From contig NIVC01001009.1 of NCBI GenBank assembly GCA_002269645.1, positions 153,402-217,401 of the forward strand: a DNA stretch of 64,000 nt, in the 5' to 3' direction. Below the pieces are notes generated by a model that searched no databases, had not been told where the DNA came from, and saw nothing but the letters and a program-made list of their open reading frames with translations. Below are positions 48,201 to 61,700 of this stretch, piece by piece; the stretch's first letter is position 1; every line of letters begins with the position of its first letter. The DNA comes from Macrostomum lignano. Lineage: Eukaryota. The position numbers and the translations under genes are program-made.

Positions 48201-51151
48201 CCCTGTATCCAGCACCCTGTCACCCTGTATCCAGCACCCTGTCACCCTGTATCCAGCACCCTGTCACCCTGTATCCAGCACCCTGTCACCCTGTATCCAG
48301 CACCCTGTCACCCTGTCACCATCGCCCTGTCACCCTGTATCCAGTGCCTTGTCACCCCGTATCCATCGCCCTGTCACCCCGTATCCATCGCCCTGTCACC
48401 CTGCATTCCGCACCCTGTCACGCTGTATTCAGCAACCTGTCACCCTGTATCCAGCACCCTGTCACCCTGTATCCAGCAACCTGTCACCCTGTATCCAGCA
48501 CCCTGTCACCCTGTATCCAGCAACCTGTCACCCTGTATCCAGCAACCTGTCACCCTGTATCCAGCACCCTGTCACCCTGTCACCAGCATCCTGTCACCCT
48601 GTCACCAGCATCCTGTCACTCTGCATTCCGCACCCTGTCACCAACCCCTATCCATCTGGTAAGAAATGAAGCATGCAATTTCAGACAGACTGGGCAGCGA
48701 CTTTATCGATTTTTCCATCCACTTTCCAAGAATTTCTCAAATCGAAAGGCCAATTCTTAGCCGTGAGTTTTGTTTGGGCTAGATAATTTCAAGGGCAAAA
48801 ATCTGGCGCCAGAGCCTAGCTCTTCTTCTTTTTTCCCAATCCCCAGAAACCCTACACACTAAGCCGTGCCCTCTCGTCTGCAAGCCCGGCAAAGCTACTC
48901 AATCAGGTTATTACATTTGAATTAGGCAGTAACGAGATCAGGACTGATGGGGAGGGCGGGTTGAGGGCGTCGTCACCCGGGGGCCTCCCGCTGTGCCAGT
49001 TGGAGACGGCCAAGACTTAATAAGTAATTGAGAGGATTTGGCCAAGTGGCTAACAGGGTGAGCGGGGGTCTCGGGTTTTAATGAAAATTGGCCAATTCGC
49101 CACCTCAAATTGCCTCTCTGCACCGGGCCTGTTTGTCAATTGTTGTGTAAACTAATAATCGGTGGCCTCCCCAGCGCCCCCAATGTCATTACGCCTTATA
49201 ACAGCGCCTCGCGACCCCCGGGGGCGGCATTTCGAATCTCATTTTATTCGCTTGAGTCGCCCGTTTAGAGTCGTTATTACACTGAGCAGGATTATGGCGG
49301 ACCCTTGGGTTTCGGCCCGCATCTACGCAGCCAATAGGCCTAGAATTCCTTTCATTACGATTGATTTCCTGGATTGCTCGGCCACCCCAGGCCCCACCAA
49401 CCCAAGTTGGTAAATAGAGAAGATTTTTGGGCGTGTCCAGAGGGACAGAGAAGTTTTATTGCTCTAAATAATATCTCCAGCTTGATTGAGACAGTGCCGC
49501 CAGCAATATTGCATCTTTGCCTTCATCGACGGATATTGTAACTACTGCAGTCTATATTGACTGACTTCTCTGAAGTCGTTATTATTCATTTCCTTCTGTA
49601 GGTTGTGACTGCATGCTTTATTTGGATTTCACTGTCAAATTTGTGCTATAGTGCCAATTCTATGGGATTCCAGTGCCATTTCTATGGGATTCTAGTGCCA
49701 TTTCTATGAGATTCCAGTGCCATTTCTATGGGATTCCAGTGCCATTTCTATAGGATTCCAGTGCCATTTCTATGGGATTCCAGTGCCATTTCTATAGGAT
49801 TCCAGTGCCATTTCTATAGGATTCCAGTGCCATTTCTATAGGATTCCAGTGCCATTTCTATAGGATTCCAGTGCCATTTCTATGGGATTCTAGTGCCATT
49901 TCTATGAGATTCCAGTGCCATTTCGATAAGATTCCAGTGCCATTTCTATAGGATTCCAGTGCCATTTCTATAGGATTCCAGTGCCATTTCTGTGGGATTC
50001 CAGTGCCATTTCTATGGGATTCCAGTGCCATTTCTATAGGATTCCAGTGCCATTTCTATGGGATTCCAGTGCCATTTCTATAGGATTCCAGTGCCATTTC
50101 TATGGGATTCCAGTGCCAATTCTATGAGATTCCAGTGCCATTTCTATGGGATTCCAGTGCCATTTCTATCGGATTCTACGAGCGTAGTGCAAATTCTATG
50201 GGATTCCAGTGCCATTTCTATGGGATTCCAGTGCCATTTCTATCGGATTCTACGAGCGTAGTGCAAATTCTATGGGATTCCAGTGCCATTTCTATGGGAT
50301 TCTAGTGCCAATTATATGGGATTCCAGTATCATCTCCAACGCCAGTCCTTCCCCACCGCACACCGCAGGTGTGGTTCCAAAACCGCCGAGCAAAGTGGCG
50401 CAAGCGCGAGAAGCAGCTGACCAGCGAAACGGGTAGCTGTTTGGACGCCTGGCGCCTCACATCCGGGATGGCGCCTCATCACCATCCGCACCTGCTGGAG
50501 TCAATCTTTGGCCCGCCGTTTCCCCCAGGCCATCCGCCACCTCCGCCGCCGCCCCCGCCGCCGCCGCCGCCGCCGCCGCCCCCACCGCATCAGCTTCCGT
50601 CATCGACGTCTCCATCGTCGTCCGCTGCCTCTTCGAATTTTCTGTCCCGGTGCGCCGCTGCTGCCGCTGCTGCCGCCGCTGCGGCGGCCACCTCAACTGG
50701 AAGCGGAGGCGCCGCTGGTGGAGGAGGCAACGGCGGAGGCGGCGGCTGCCCACCAGAGCTTCTGTGGCTGGCGGCTGCCGCGGCGGCGGCTGGACGCGGT
50801 GGGGTCTCCCTGCCGTTCCTTCCGCCGGCGCTCCCGCCGCCACCTTCGATGCACCAGGCGTCGCTGCCGCCACTGACGCAGGCCGCTCATCGTCAAGCGG
50901 GATTCCGGAGCTCTGCTACGCCTGCGGTAACGTCTTCGGCGGCCAGCGCCTGCCCGAAACTGCCATTTGGTGGTTTGAATTTTCACCGCTCTGGCGCGGC
51001 GGCTGCTGCTGCAGCGGCAGCTGCCCAGCAGTTCTGCAGCTCGCCTACTGCTAGCGCCTCCTCTTCGCCGCCGGCGGATTCTGCGGCGGCGTCGGCGACG
51101 GCGGCGGCGGCGGCAGCAGCGGCGCAAGACAGCGACAGCACCTTTGAGTGA
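45236..51151 (+). CDS. hbn: Homeobrain-like paired-class (Q50) homeobox protein
   Basis: Exon 1 45236-45419 (eh1/octapeptide FSIAGIL). Exon 2 about 45768-46162 (acceptor uncertain; several in-phase CAGs). Exon 3 50369-51151. Homeodomain [47 protein letters not shown]|[15 protein letters not shown] fits the Homeobrain signature ([15 protein letters not shown]) better than Rx or Arx. Intron at the canonical Q|V position. Confidence 0.88.
46310..46945. repeat. GAGTGAATGA/GAGTGAGAGG degenerate minisatellite in hbn intron 2
   Basis: Read directly. Confidence 0.9.
47850..48650. repeat. 22-bp minisatellite (CCCTGTCACCCTGTATCCAGCA) in hbn intron 2
   Basis: Read directly. Confidence 0.95.
49648..50330. 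repeat. 22-bp minisatellite (GGGATTCCAGTGCCATTTCTAT), copy 1, just upstream of hbn exon 3
   Basis: Read directly. Confidence 0.95.
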
Positions 51152-51242
51152 CGGCTTGTGCGAAACAAACTCGCTGCATGACAAATTCATTTGTGATTCT
51201 CCCCTGCTGACTGCTACGGTATGCAGACTCCATCCTGTTCAC

Positions 51243-51890
51243 AGACTAGACCCCACCGAATCCGCTCCCTCTCAGACTAGACCCCACCGAATCCGCTCCC
51301 TCACAGACTAAACCCCACGGAATCCGCTCCCTCTCAGACTAAACCCCACCGAATCCGCTCCCTCTCAGACTAAACCCCATCGAATCCGCTCCCTCACAGA
51401 CTAAACCCCACCGAATCCGCTCCCTCAAAGACTAAACCCCACCGAATCCGCTCCCTCTCAGACTAGACCCCACCGAATCCTCTCCCTCACAGACTAGACC
51501 CCACCGAATCCTCTCCCTCTCAGACTAGACCCCACCGAATCCTCTCCCTCACAGACTAGACCCCACCGAATCCGCTCCCTCACAGACTAAACCCCACGGA
51601 ATCCGCTCCCTCTCAGACTAAACCCCACCGAATCCGCTCCCTCTCAGACTAAACCCCATCGAATCCGCTCCCTCACAGACTAAACCCCACGGAATCCGCT
51701 CCCTCTCAGACTAAACCCCACCGAATCCGCTCCCTCTCAGACTAAACCCCATCGAATCCGCTCCCTCACAGACTAAACCCCACCGAATCCGCTCCCTCAA
51801 AGACTAAACCCCATCGAATCCGCTCCCTCACAGACTAAACCCCACCGAATCCGCTCCCTCAAAGACTAAACCTCATCGAATCCGCCCATT
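51243..51890. repeat. 31-bp minisatellite (GACTAAACCCCACCGAATCCGCTCCCTCACA) just 3' of the hbn stop
   Basis: Read directly. Confidence 0.95.
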
Positions 51891-52675
51891 CGCAGCTTGA
51901 ATCCAGAAGAATCTGCCTCACTCTCAGCCTTAATCTGAATCACGTTGAAAAGACGCTTATTCTTGTTTTGTTTTTTCTAATCTGTTCTGTCGACTGTTTT
52001 GATCGCTTGCTTGAATTACGATTTTTGTTTTTTGTTGTTGCTAAATGGCCTTCCCACAACTTTGATTGTGCGATGTGGGAAATTAATTGGATCGATTCTT
52101 AGCCCCGCTCTGCCTCTGCTCCCCAATTTTCGTCTCGTGAAAATGTCCTGTACGCTAATCACGAGCTTATTGGAATGTAAAAATTGGTCTTTTTAAAACC
52201 TACTCCATGATACTTGATTTCAATAGCTTAATCTCATTTGTTAATTTTTTGCAAACTGTTTTAATGACAGCCTAGTCTTCAGAGATCCAAACCTAATGAA
52301 AGAGCTTAACTCATAATCTTGCGTGTCGTCTGTCTGTATTAACGAATGTCGTAATCCCTTCTATTATTTTGTGTGTTTGTACTTGCTCGTTTGTAATGCA
52401 AAAACGGGATTTTTTCGATTCCTCCGAGTTTTTGTTAATTCGATCTGACATTTTTGCCTTGTTTTCAATTTCAAATGCAAAGTTTCAAGGATGGAGTTGA
52501 ACTAAGCATCGAATCCTGCTTGCAAACAAGTGACTGTCCCATCACCTGCCCACTTCCTCTGTTGCTTAGTTTCTTCTTCATTTGAGGCTTGCTTCTTCTG
52601 TGAACAGAATTTGCTAAATATACTATACATTATCATTGACATTAATGTTGCCTGTTGAAATACGATGATAATTGC

Positions 52676-53620
52676 GAGTGCCATTTCTCTGGGATTCTAA
52701 TGCATTTATTATGGTATCTAGTGCCATTTCTATGGGATTCTAGTGCCATTTCTATGGGATTCCAGTGCCATTTCTATGGGATTCCAGTGCCATTTCTATG
52801 GGATTCTAGTGCCATTTCTCTGGGATTCTAATGCATTTATTATGGTATCTAGTGCCATTTCTATGGGATTCTAGTGCCATTTCTATGGGATTCTAGTGCC
52901 ATTTCTATGGGATTCTAGTGCCATTTCTATGGGATTCCAGTGCCTTTTCTATGGGATTCCAGTGCAAATTCTATGGGATTCCAGTGCTAATTCTATGGGA
53001 TTCCAGTGCCATTTCTATGGGATTCCAGTGCCATTTCTATGGGATTCCAGTGCCATTTCTATGGGATTCTAGTGCCATTTCTATGGGATTCCAGTGCCAT
53101 TTCTATGGGATTCTAGTGCCATTTCTATGGGATTCCAGTGCCATTTCTATGGGATTCCAGTGCCATTCTAGTGTCATTTGATGGGTTCCAGTTTGGGTTC
53201 TGAGGGATTGCCATGCCATTTCTATGAGATTCTACTAGTGTCATTTGATGGGTTCCAGTTTGGGTTCTGAGGGATTGCCATGCCATTTCTATGGGATTCT
53301 ACTAGTGTCATTTGATGGGTTCCAGTGTGAGTTCTGAGGGATTGCCATGCCATTTGTATGGGATTCTACTAGTGTCATTTGATGGGTTCCAGTTTGGGTT
53401 CTGAGGGATTGCCATGCCATTTCTATGGGATTCTACTAGTGTCATTTGATGGGTTCCAGTGTGAGTTCTGATGGATTGCCATGCCATTTCTATGGGATTC
53501 TACTAGTGTCATTTGATGGGTTCCAGTGTGAGTCCTGAGGGATTGCCATGCCATTTCTATGGGATTCTACTAGTGTCATTTGATGGGTTCCAGTGTGAGT
53601 CCTGAGGGATTGCCATGCCA
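52676..53620. repeat. Same 22-bp minisatellite, copy 2, grading into a 67-bp trimeric unit
   Basis: Monomer array to about 53167; CTAGTGTCAT then recurs at 53168, 53235 and 53302 (period 67). Confidence 0.93.
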
Positions 53621-54674
53621 CAAACATGCCAAATTTTATGTTTTCCACGAAATCAGTGCCGTTTTGCTCGTACTGATAAAGGCCGATAAAACACACCTGA
53701 AAAACACTTTCTGTGTTGCCACTGTCCCAGTTTTGCCAATAGAATAGGATTTGAAAGACTTAACCATCACTGCACCATAAGAACTCAATGATGGCCCCGT
53801 TTAATTGAATAAATTAGCAAATTAGGGACTAAAATTTGCTCTAATTAGCTCAAAGCATTGGACAATTTAGCAATAATTTAGCCTTTCTCTTTTTGCTCCC
53901 CGAGAGCTGATTGGGAAATAGAAAGGCAGGTAAATCTCATCTGCGTGGCCGCTTCATCCCCCAAGCCTGCAATTTGCAAATCTCTGCTTATAATTGATTG
54001 TCTTCTAAAGGGCTGGAATTAATTTTGCTACTTTCATCGCGCCCCTGCTTCACTATCTGCTTCGCTTAATTAATTGACTTAATTTTTCTGTTCACCTGAG
54101 AGCTCTCAGCTTTAATGAGAATAATATTTTCTGCCGGCAGGTGTTGGGACACTCAGTCACGACTTTTGCTGCCGCAGCCGAGGTGCAGTAAGTGGTTAAC
54201 GTGAATCATTCCCCGCCCGTGCAACAAAGTCAAAGGTGGTGCGGCCGGCAGTCTGGGCCCACTCAGCTGCACTTGGAGAAATTCCAATAGTTTCAGCGCG
54301 CCGAGCAGCGCTCTCTTCTGTCCCTTATTATTCGTCTGTCTGTCTCACCTGACTGCTGGGCAGTTCAAGACCAGCGTGTTATTGTGCTGGCAGTCTCTGG
54401 GGCGGCATTCAGTCAGTCACGGCTCGAGTATTTTGAAGGGTGCTACTATTTGATTAAATTGGACAGTTGAGACTGCCATATGCCACCTGATGGAAACTAA
54501 TTACCTAGGACCAGAAATTTTAATTGGTATCTCATCTATTTCTGAGTTCTCGTTTCTATTTGACTCTTCTCTCACGATAATTACCACTTAGAGATTCCCC
54601 TGTAGGGGAATTAATGGAGGGAATTACCGTAGGAGGTAATATTCTCAGGGCGATTTTCGAGCAGATTCTCGAGG

Positions 54675-54946
54675 GAGATTCTGGGTTCTGAGTCCTGGAT
54701 TCTCGATTAAGATTCTGGGTTCTGAGTCCTGGATTCTCGATTAAGATTCTGGGTTCTGAGTCCTGGATTCTCGATTAAGATTCTGGGTTCTGAGTCCTGG
54801 ATTCTCGATTAAGATTCTGGGTTCTGAGTCCTGGATTCTCGATTAAGATTCTGGGTTCTGAGTCCTGGATTCTCGATTAAGATTCTGGGTTCTGAGTCCT
54901 GGATTCTCGATTAAGATTCTGGGTTCTGAGTCCTGGGATTCGAGAC

Positions 54947-54987
<41 letters not shown>

Positions 54988-55375
54988 CTGGGTTCTGAGC
55001 CCTGGGATTCGAGACAGAGAGAGAGATTCTGGATTCTGAGTCCTGGGATTCTCGATGAAGATTCTGGGTTCTGAGTCCTGGGATTCTCGATGAAGATTCT
55101 GGGTTCTGAGTCCTGGGATTCTCGATGAAGATTCTGGGTTCTGAGTCCTGGGATTCTCGATGAAGATTCTGGGTTCTGAGTCCTGGGATTCTCGATGAAG
55201 ATTCTGGGTTCTGAGTCCTGGGATTCTCGATGAAGATTCTGGGTTCTGAGTCCTGGGATTCTCGATGAAGATTCTGGGTTCTGAGTCCTGGGATTCTCGA
55301 TGAAGATTCTGGGTTCTGAGTCCTGGGATTCTCTCTAAAGAGAGAGAGATTCTGAGTTCTGAGTTCTGAGATTCT
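54675..55375. repeat. 34/35-bp minisatellite (GATTCTGGGTTCTGAGTCCTGG[G]ATTCTCGAT[T/G]AA), two subarrays split by (GA)n
   Basis: Read directly. Confidence 0.93.
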
Positions 55376-57244
55376 CAAGGATTCTCAAGGAAGATTCTCG
55401 GAAAGTTTCTCAAGGAGATTCTCGGAAGATTCTTAGGCAAGATTCTTGGTGGATATTTTTAGGGGAGATTCTTAGATGGTATTCTTGGGGAAGATCGTCG
55501 AGGAGAGTCTCGCCGAGATTCTCAGAGATTGTCAGATAAGATTCTCGAGAATTCTCGAGCGTGATTCTCATGAAAGATTTTCGAGATTCTCGAGGAGATT
55601 GTCAGGTAAGATTCTGGAGGACGATTCTCGGGATCGATTCTCGGGGTGATCCTCTGGGACTCTGGATTGTGGTTCTCTCTTAAAGAATCTCGGTGTTGAT
55701 AATTAGGAAATTCCCCAGGGAATTTCTTGTGATGGAGATTTTCTGAAAGATGCTCGGAATTATTCGCGCTCCTCAAGGTAAGATTGATTTTTGTGCAGAG
55801 TTTACTGGGAACTAATTCTGATACTCGTAGTTAAGGCCTTGTTTGCCTGACAGCAGGGTTCAAGCAGAGTGTCGACATGAAATCAATTTTGACATATTTT
55901 AATCATTCCAATCATGCGGCCATTCAGTCGCGAAGGCGAGCTCTGCCTGGAATTAAATATGGCCAAAACTGGAGTAATTAAAGGCAGTGCAGCCCAAGGG
56001 CACTCCAGCAGCAAATTTCGAGGCTGGAAGCCTGCCTCAACTCATCAAAAACTTTCTCTCCCCCTCAGCTCCCGGGGCATTCCGTTTCGGGAATTAAACT
56101 CCGACGAGTGGACAATAATACGGCCATATCTGCTCGGGGATTTTGACCGAGCCGCCTCGATTCGGGGCTAATTTTCCCCACTTTCCTTCAATTTCTTGCT
56201 GTATAGCCTAAGCCTTCCCTGACCAAGGAGTTCTGGAACTGGGACCTGGCCTACCAACTGAGTGCAGCTGGCAAAGTCTCTTCAATTGAAACGCAGCAGA
56301 GTTTCTGAGTCTAAAACTTTGTGGGCCTAGACTACAAGCCTATTTAGTTGCCTCGAACTGAATCTGTTGCGGCTAAGATCCATCCAACAAATAAAACACG
56401 TTTTTGCGTCACACCTTTCTATGTTAATCCCGCAGGAATCCATGCCATGATCTTCAAGTGAAGTGACTGAATCGAAAGTGACACAGAAACTCGCCTACCT
56501 GCAGCGTGTAAACTGAACACACTCAGTCCGCCAGCCTCAATAGACGGTTGGGTGCAGAGCTGCTATTCCAGGTCCTAGTTCTAGAATTCCATGTCTTGAC
56601 TCTCGAACCCGGGCCAACCCCTTCCACCCCCATCCCCCTGGAAATCTCGACTAAATCGATGAAGGATTAAGTGATTAAGGGATTTGTGGGGTGTCGGAGA
56701 TGGCCCAAGGGGTTGGCAATTGAAAACTAGGCTGCTACGAGTAGAAGGAAGTTCAGCCGAAGCATTGATTTGCGGGCAGTGTTGGGGGTGGGGTCATATG
56801 AAGGAGGTCTCGGCGCTGATTGCAATTAACGCGTTTCGGAGAGCGACGGGATTCGAAATTAACTTATCTGCATGGCATTGCGGCCATTTTTCTGCGGCGC
56901 CTTCCTTGCGTGAGCCGCTGCCGATGGGATATTTCATTAATTTCTAACTAATCAATGCCCGAATTTTGTGCTGTTCCCCAAGCTTACATTGTAGAATGAG
57001 CTGGAAATTAAACGGTCTGATTATTATATTGATTCGATTGCCATAGTCCATAGAGATCTGCAAGAATATCGCCTTCATTGGCACAGAGAAATGTAATTTT
57101 TTTTCAATTTTAGATTAAGTTGATCTGAATTCCTAAAGTCAGTCGAGCATTAATAATTTTACTTATTTAGAAATCTAGCCGGTGCCAACTAGTTACTCAA
57201 GTTTGATCGCTTAAATGGACTAAATAGCCTTTGAAATAGTCCCT

Positions 57245-58075
57245 GCATAGTACAGTCACTCTACATAGTACAGTCACTCGGCATTGTACAGTCAATCTGC
57301 ATAGTACAGTCACTCTGCATAGTACAGTCACTCTATATAGTACAGTCACTCTGGATAGTACAGTCACTCTGCATAGTACAGTCAATCTGGATAGTACAGT
57401 CACTCTGGATGGTACAGTCACTCTGCATAGTACAGTCAATCTGGATAGTACAGTCACTCTATATGGTACAGTCACTCTATATAGAACAGTCACTCTGGAT
57501 AGTACAGTCACTCTGCATAGTACAGTCAATCTGCATAGTACAGTCACTCTGCATAGTACAGTCACTCTATATAGTACAGTCACTCTGGATAGTACAGTCA
57601 CTCTGCATAGTACAGTCACTCTATATAGAACAGTCACTCTGGATAGTACAGTCACTCTGCATAGTACAGTCAATCTGGATAGTACAGTCACTCTGGATGG
57701 TACAGTCACTCTGCATAGTACAGTCACTCTGGATAGTACAGTCACTCTGCATAGTACAGTCACTCTGCATAGTACAGTCACTCTATATGGTACAGTCACT
57801 CTATATGGTACAGTCACTCTATATGGTACAGTCACTCTATATGGTACAGTCACTCTATATGGTACAGTCACTCTATATGGTACAGTCACTCTATATGGTA
57901 CAGTCACTCTATATAGTACAGTCAATCTGGATAGTACAGTCACTCTGCATAGTACAGTCACTCTGCATAGTACAGTCACTCTATATGGTACAGTCACTCT
58001 ATATGGTACAGTCACTCTATATAGTACAGTCAATCTGGATAGTACAGTCACTCTGCATAGTACAGTCACTCCGGA
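57245..58075. repeat. 18-bp minisatellite (TAGTACAGTCACTCTGCA and variants)
   Basis: Read directly. Confidence 0.95.
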
Positions 58076-58787
58076 TAAGTCAGTGTTCAAAATAGCCACC
58101 TTTACCCTGCAATATTGATACAATTTCATCGAGAAAGAACTAAACAGTTTTGTTATGAACTGACAAGTTTAAGTTTTCAATGCTTACTATTAACAGTGAC
58201 CCTTAATCTCTCACGTATGTCCTGGCTTTGCTTAAAATGTTTGCACTGAAATATTCATGAGGCGATGAAAACTGAGAAGAAAAAATTCACTTAGAAAAAC
58301 AGAGACTCGGCTTCCCGAAATGAAGCTTTCGCAGCCGATCAGGAGATCCTCATCAGGAAAATTATCCCGGGCACTAAAAACAACAAAGCAATGCGACACT
58401 TCAGGTTGGCCAGATTAGTTTACAAGGAGCTTCGGCACAATTGAGAGTTTCTCCTCGAGAATAAATCAATAACTTTCAATTTCGGCACCTGAGAACAAAA
58501 GCAAAGCCAGGTGCTGAAGAAATTAATTATTGAGCTTAGATGGCAGTTTTGAAGTGGCACCGATGCAAATACACCCACACGGCTGGAGTTTCAGGGGCCC
58601 GTGGGTTTATCGAGTTAGTTTTTTGCGTATTTTGGCGGCGGGCGAGTGAAAATTGATATTCAGCTTGTTCGGCTATGGACTTGACTTGACTTAGCTGCAG
58701 GGTGGTCCGTAGACACAGCGGGGAGGCGAGGGTCGCCCATTCCGCTAGCCCCTGAAGGCCCGCAGACAGGCAGAGGCGTGGGGCCGG

Positions 58788-61700
58788 TCAGGGTGGTCCG
58801 CCGGTCCGTCCTGCAGCGTGATCTTCCGTTGGGAAGAAACTGGCTCGTCTAGTCGCCCGAAGGAACTGGATGAGCCGTGGGATGCTGTCGGGCTGGCAAA
58901 CCTCGTCAATGGACGGGTTCGGCCCGAGGTAGCGTAGCCGGTCTCTGTTAAAGAAAGGGCAGTGACAGACAAAGTGCTGAGCATCTTCATTGTCGCACTC
59001 GCAAAAGGGGCAAATTTCGCTCTCGAGGTCGCCTCGGAGGAAGCAGTGCCTGGCGAGGTAGCCATGGCCGGTAAGGGTCATGACAAGGGCTCGAATATCC
59101 TTCCGATTCTGGTTCAGAAGGATGTTTCTGAGCCTGTGAGACGGGCAAGGAACCGCGGCACGAGATTGCCGGCAGTTTTGGGTGCCCGCCCATCTGTCCC
59201 TGTGGAGGGAGTCAGCCCAGTCGTCGATCTGACGATTGATGACTGTCAAGGGCATAGGGACCAGGGGGGCAGGGCCGAAAAAAGAGCCAGAGCCGCCCCT
59301 CTTGGCGAGGGTGTCTGCCAGCTCGTTCCCCGGAAACCCTGCGTGCCCTGGGATCCACTTCAGCCTGACAGTATTGCTTCTGGCCAGGAGGTTGAGCTGC
59401 CGGGCGCAGTCGGCGACTGTCCGGGAGTTCGTTGTGGTGTGGCAAAGGGCCTGTAAGGCCGCTTGGCTGTCGGAGTGGATGACAATAGTCTTTCCTCTCG
59501 TAACCTTGGCGTTTAGCTCTGCAGCGCAAGAGCTGATGGCAAGGACTTCGTTCTGGAAGACTGTGGAGAGTCTACCAGTGTGCTGGGCATGCGTGGCAAT
59601 TACGCGGCCGTTGATGATGATGCAGACCCCAAAGCCGGCGCGACCGTCTTTGATGGATCCGTCCGTGTAGCAATGGACCTCCTGGAAATTCCAGTGGTCA
59701 TTGGCAGCATCCCTAGAGGGGATGGTGACCTTGTAGCGCTGAAAGAGGTTGAGAGTGCGGGGTTCGCCGTCAGATAGGACGTGGAGCCCGCCGCTGTCTC
59801 TCAAGTCCTTGAGGCAGAGGTCAGCGTGGGGCAGAAGCTTGCGCTTAGCCATGGCCCTATGGGGCTGGATTCGAATGCCAGCGTCAGCTAGACGGCGGGC
59901 AGTCTTAGCCGCTTCCCTGCGGACAAAGATGTCCAGCGGAGGAATGTTGAGGAAGGCGTTGAGGCCATCGTAAGGAGCAGACGGAGGGGCGCTCATGATC
60001 GTGCGACAAGCGCGCCCTTGCGCTCTCCTGAGAGCCTCTAGACAGGTCTTTATCTGCAGGGCGCTAGCCCAGATCAGGCCGCCATACGAGATAGCGGGCC
60101 TAACCATTGCAGTGTAGATCCACCAGAGGCGCTTGGGGGTGAGCCCCCAGGTGGTGCCGACGGCCCTGCGCAATTGCGCGAGGACTGCGAAGGCCTTTTT
60201 GGCTTTTGTTTGAACGTGGGGAGACCAGTTCAGCCTGTGGTCCAGGGTAATACCCAGACATTTAGTCTGCTTGCAGAAGGGGATTTCCCTTCCGTAAAGC
60301 GTGAGCGGCCGAATCTGCCACTTGGTCCTGCTGGTGAACATGATCGCTGCGGTCTTAGTCTCAGAGAGCCTTAAACCACAGCGGTCCGCCCATTGCTCAG
60401 CAGCGTAGATGAAGTTCTGAAGAAGGTCCCTGAGGGTATCAGGGGACGGACCAGATGCCACCGCGGTGACATCGTCCGCATATCCAACTTTCAGAATGGG
60501 GTCAGGCCGAACATCCCGGAGGAGCTCATCGATGACCATATTCCAGAGAACTGGAGACAGCACCCCACCTTGCGGGCTACCTTTGCAGACGGGGACCGTC
60601 CTCTGGTAGCCCAGCAGACTGGCGGTGGCCGTGCGATGGCTGATCATGTACATGATCCATCTGGTGAGATGTGAGTGCGTTAGCCTCTCACAAAGAGCTC
60701 TTCGGAACGCCTCAAAGAGGACGTTATCGAAGGCGCCAATGATGTCCAGGAAGATCCCCAGAGCAAAGCCACTACCAAGCACGGCCTTCTCGAGTTTATC
60801 GACCAGGACGTGCAGCGCGCTTTCAGTGGAGCGACCCGCCCGAAAAGCGTGCTGGTTCTCGCTGAGAGGTTTGTTCTTCAGCTCAACAGAGAGAAGGCGC
60901 CAAAGCACCAGTCTCTCCATCAGCTTGACCAGGGAGGAGGTCAAGCTGATCGGTCTGAAGGATTTGATAGAATGGTAGTCCGGGCGGCCTGGCTTAGGGA
61001 TAAAGATCACCTTTGCCTCGGTCCATGCCTGCGGGACATAACCAAGCGTGATGCATGCCCGAAGAAGGCTGCAAAGTTTGCGCAGGAAGCCTGGGCATTT
61101 AACCGCCTCTCTTAGAAGGGCCGGTACAATGCCGTCGGGTCCTGGGGCTTTGAAAGGCTTGAAGGAATTTGCCGCTCTCACAATGCGGTCCTCCGTGATG
61201 ATAGATGCAGCCAGCGCGTGACCTCCCTCCGAGTGATCCGGAGTGGTCTGGTTAGCTGGCTCGTTAGGGAAAAACGCAGTGAGCATTACATCAAGCGTTT
61301 CCCCTGGGTTGTCCGTGGACGTACCGTCGGTGCGTTTGACCGAGGAGAGCTTAGACATTTTGTCCAGCGTGAGCGCTTTCACAACTCTGGAGGTGGGGCG
61401 TGAGCCCTCTAGCTCCTCACAGTATTGTCGCCATTTTTGAGCCTTTGCATTCCTAACCTGCCTTTTAAACTCATGAATTGCTTCATGATAGGCGGTTTGG
61501 TCTGCAGGGCTCTTAGTTTTAGTTGCTCTGCGGTGGAGTCTCTTAGCCCTGCGACGGAGGTTGCCGAGCTCGGGATTCCACCACGGCGCCGATTTTTTCC
61601 CTTTATAGGCTTTTAAAGGGCAGGACGCCTCAAAGGCGGCGGTTAGCGTCTCTGTCAAAACAGTCGCGCACTCATCCGCCTCTCGGCACGACGTGATCGT

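Noticed and set aside
47661-48760. Cys/Pro/His-rich ORFs resembling keratin-associated or metal-binding proteins
   Set aside because: 22-bp minisatellite open in all frames inside an hbn intron.
57197-58129. RVTVLC/IVQSL repeat ORFs
   Set aside because: 18-bp minisatellite; no splice or start context.
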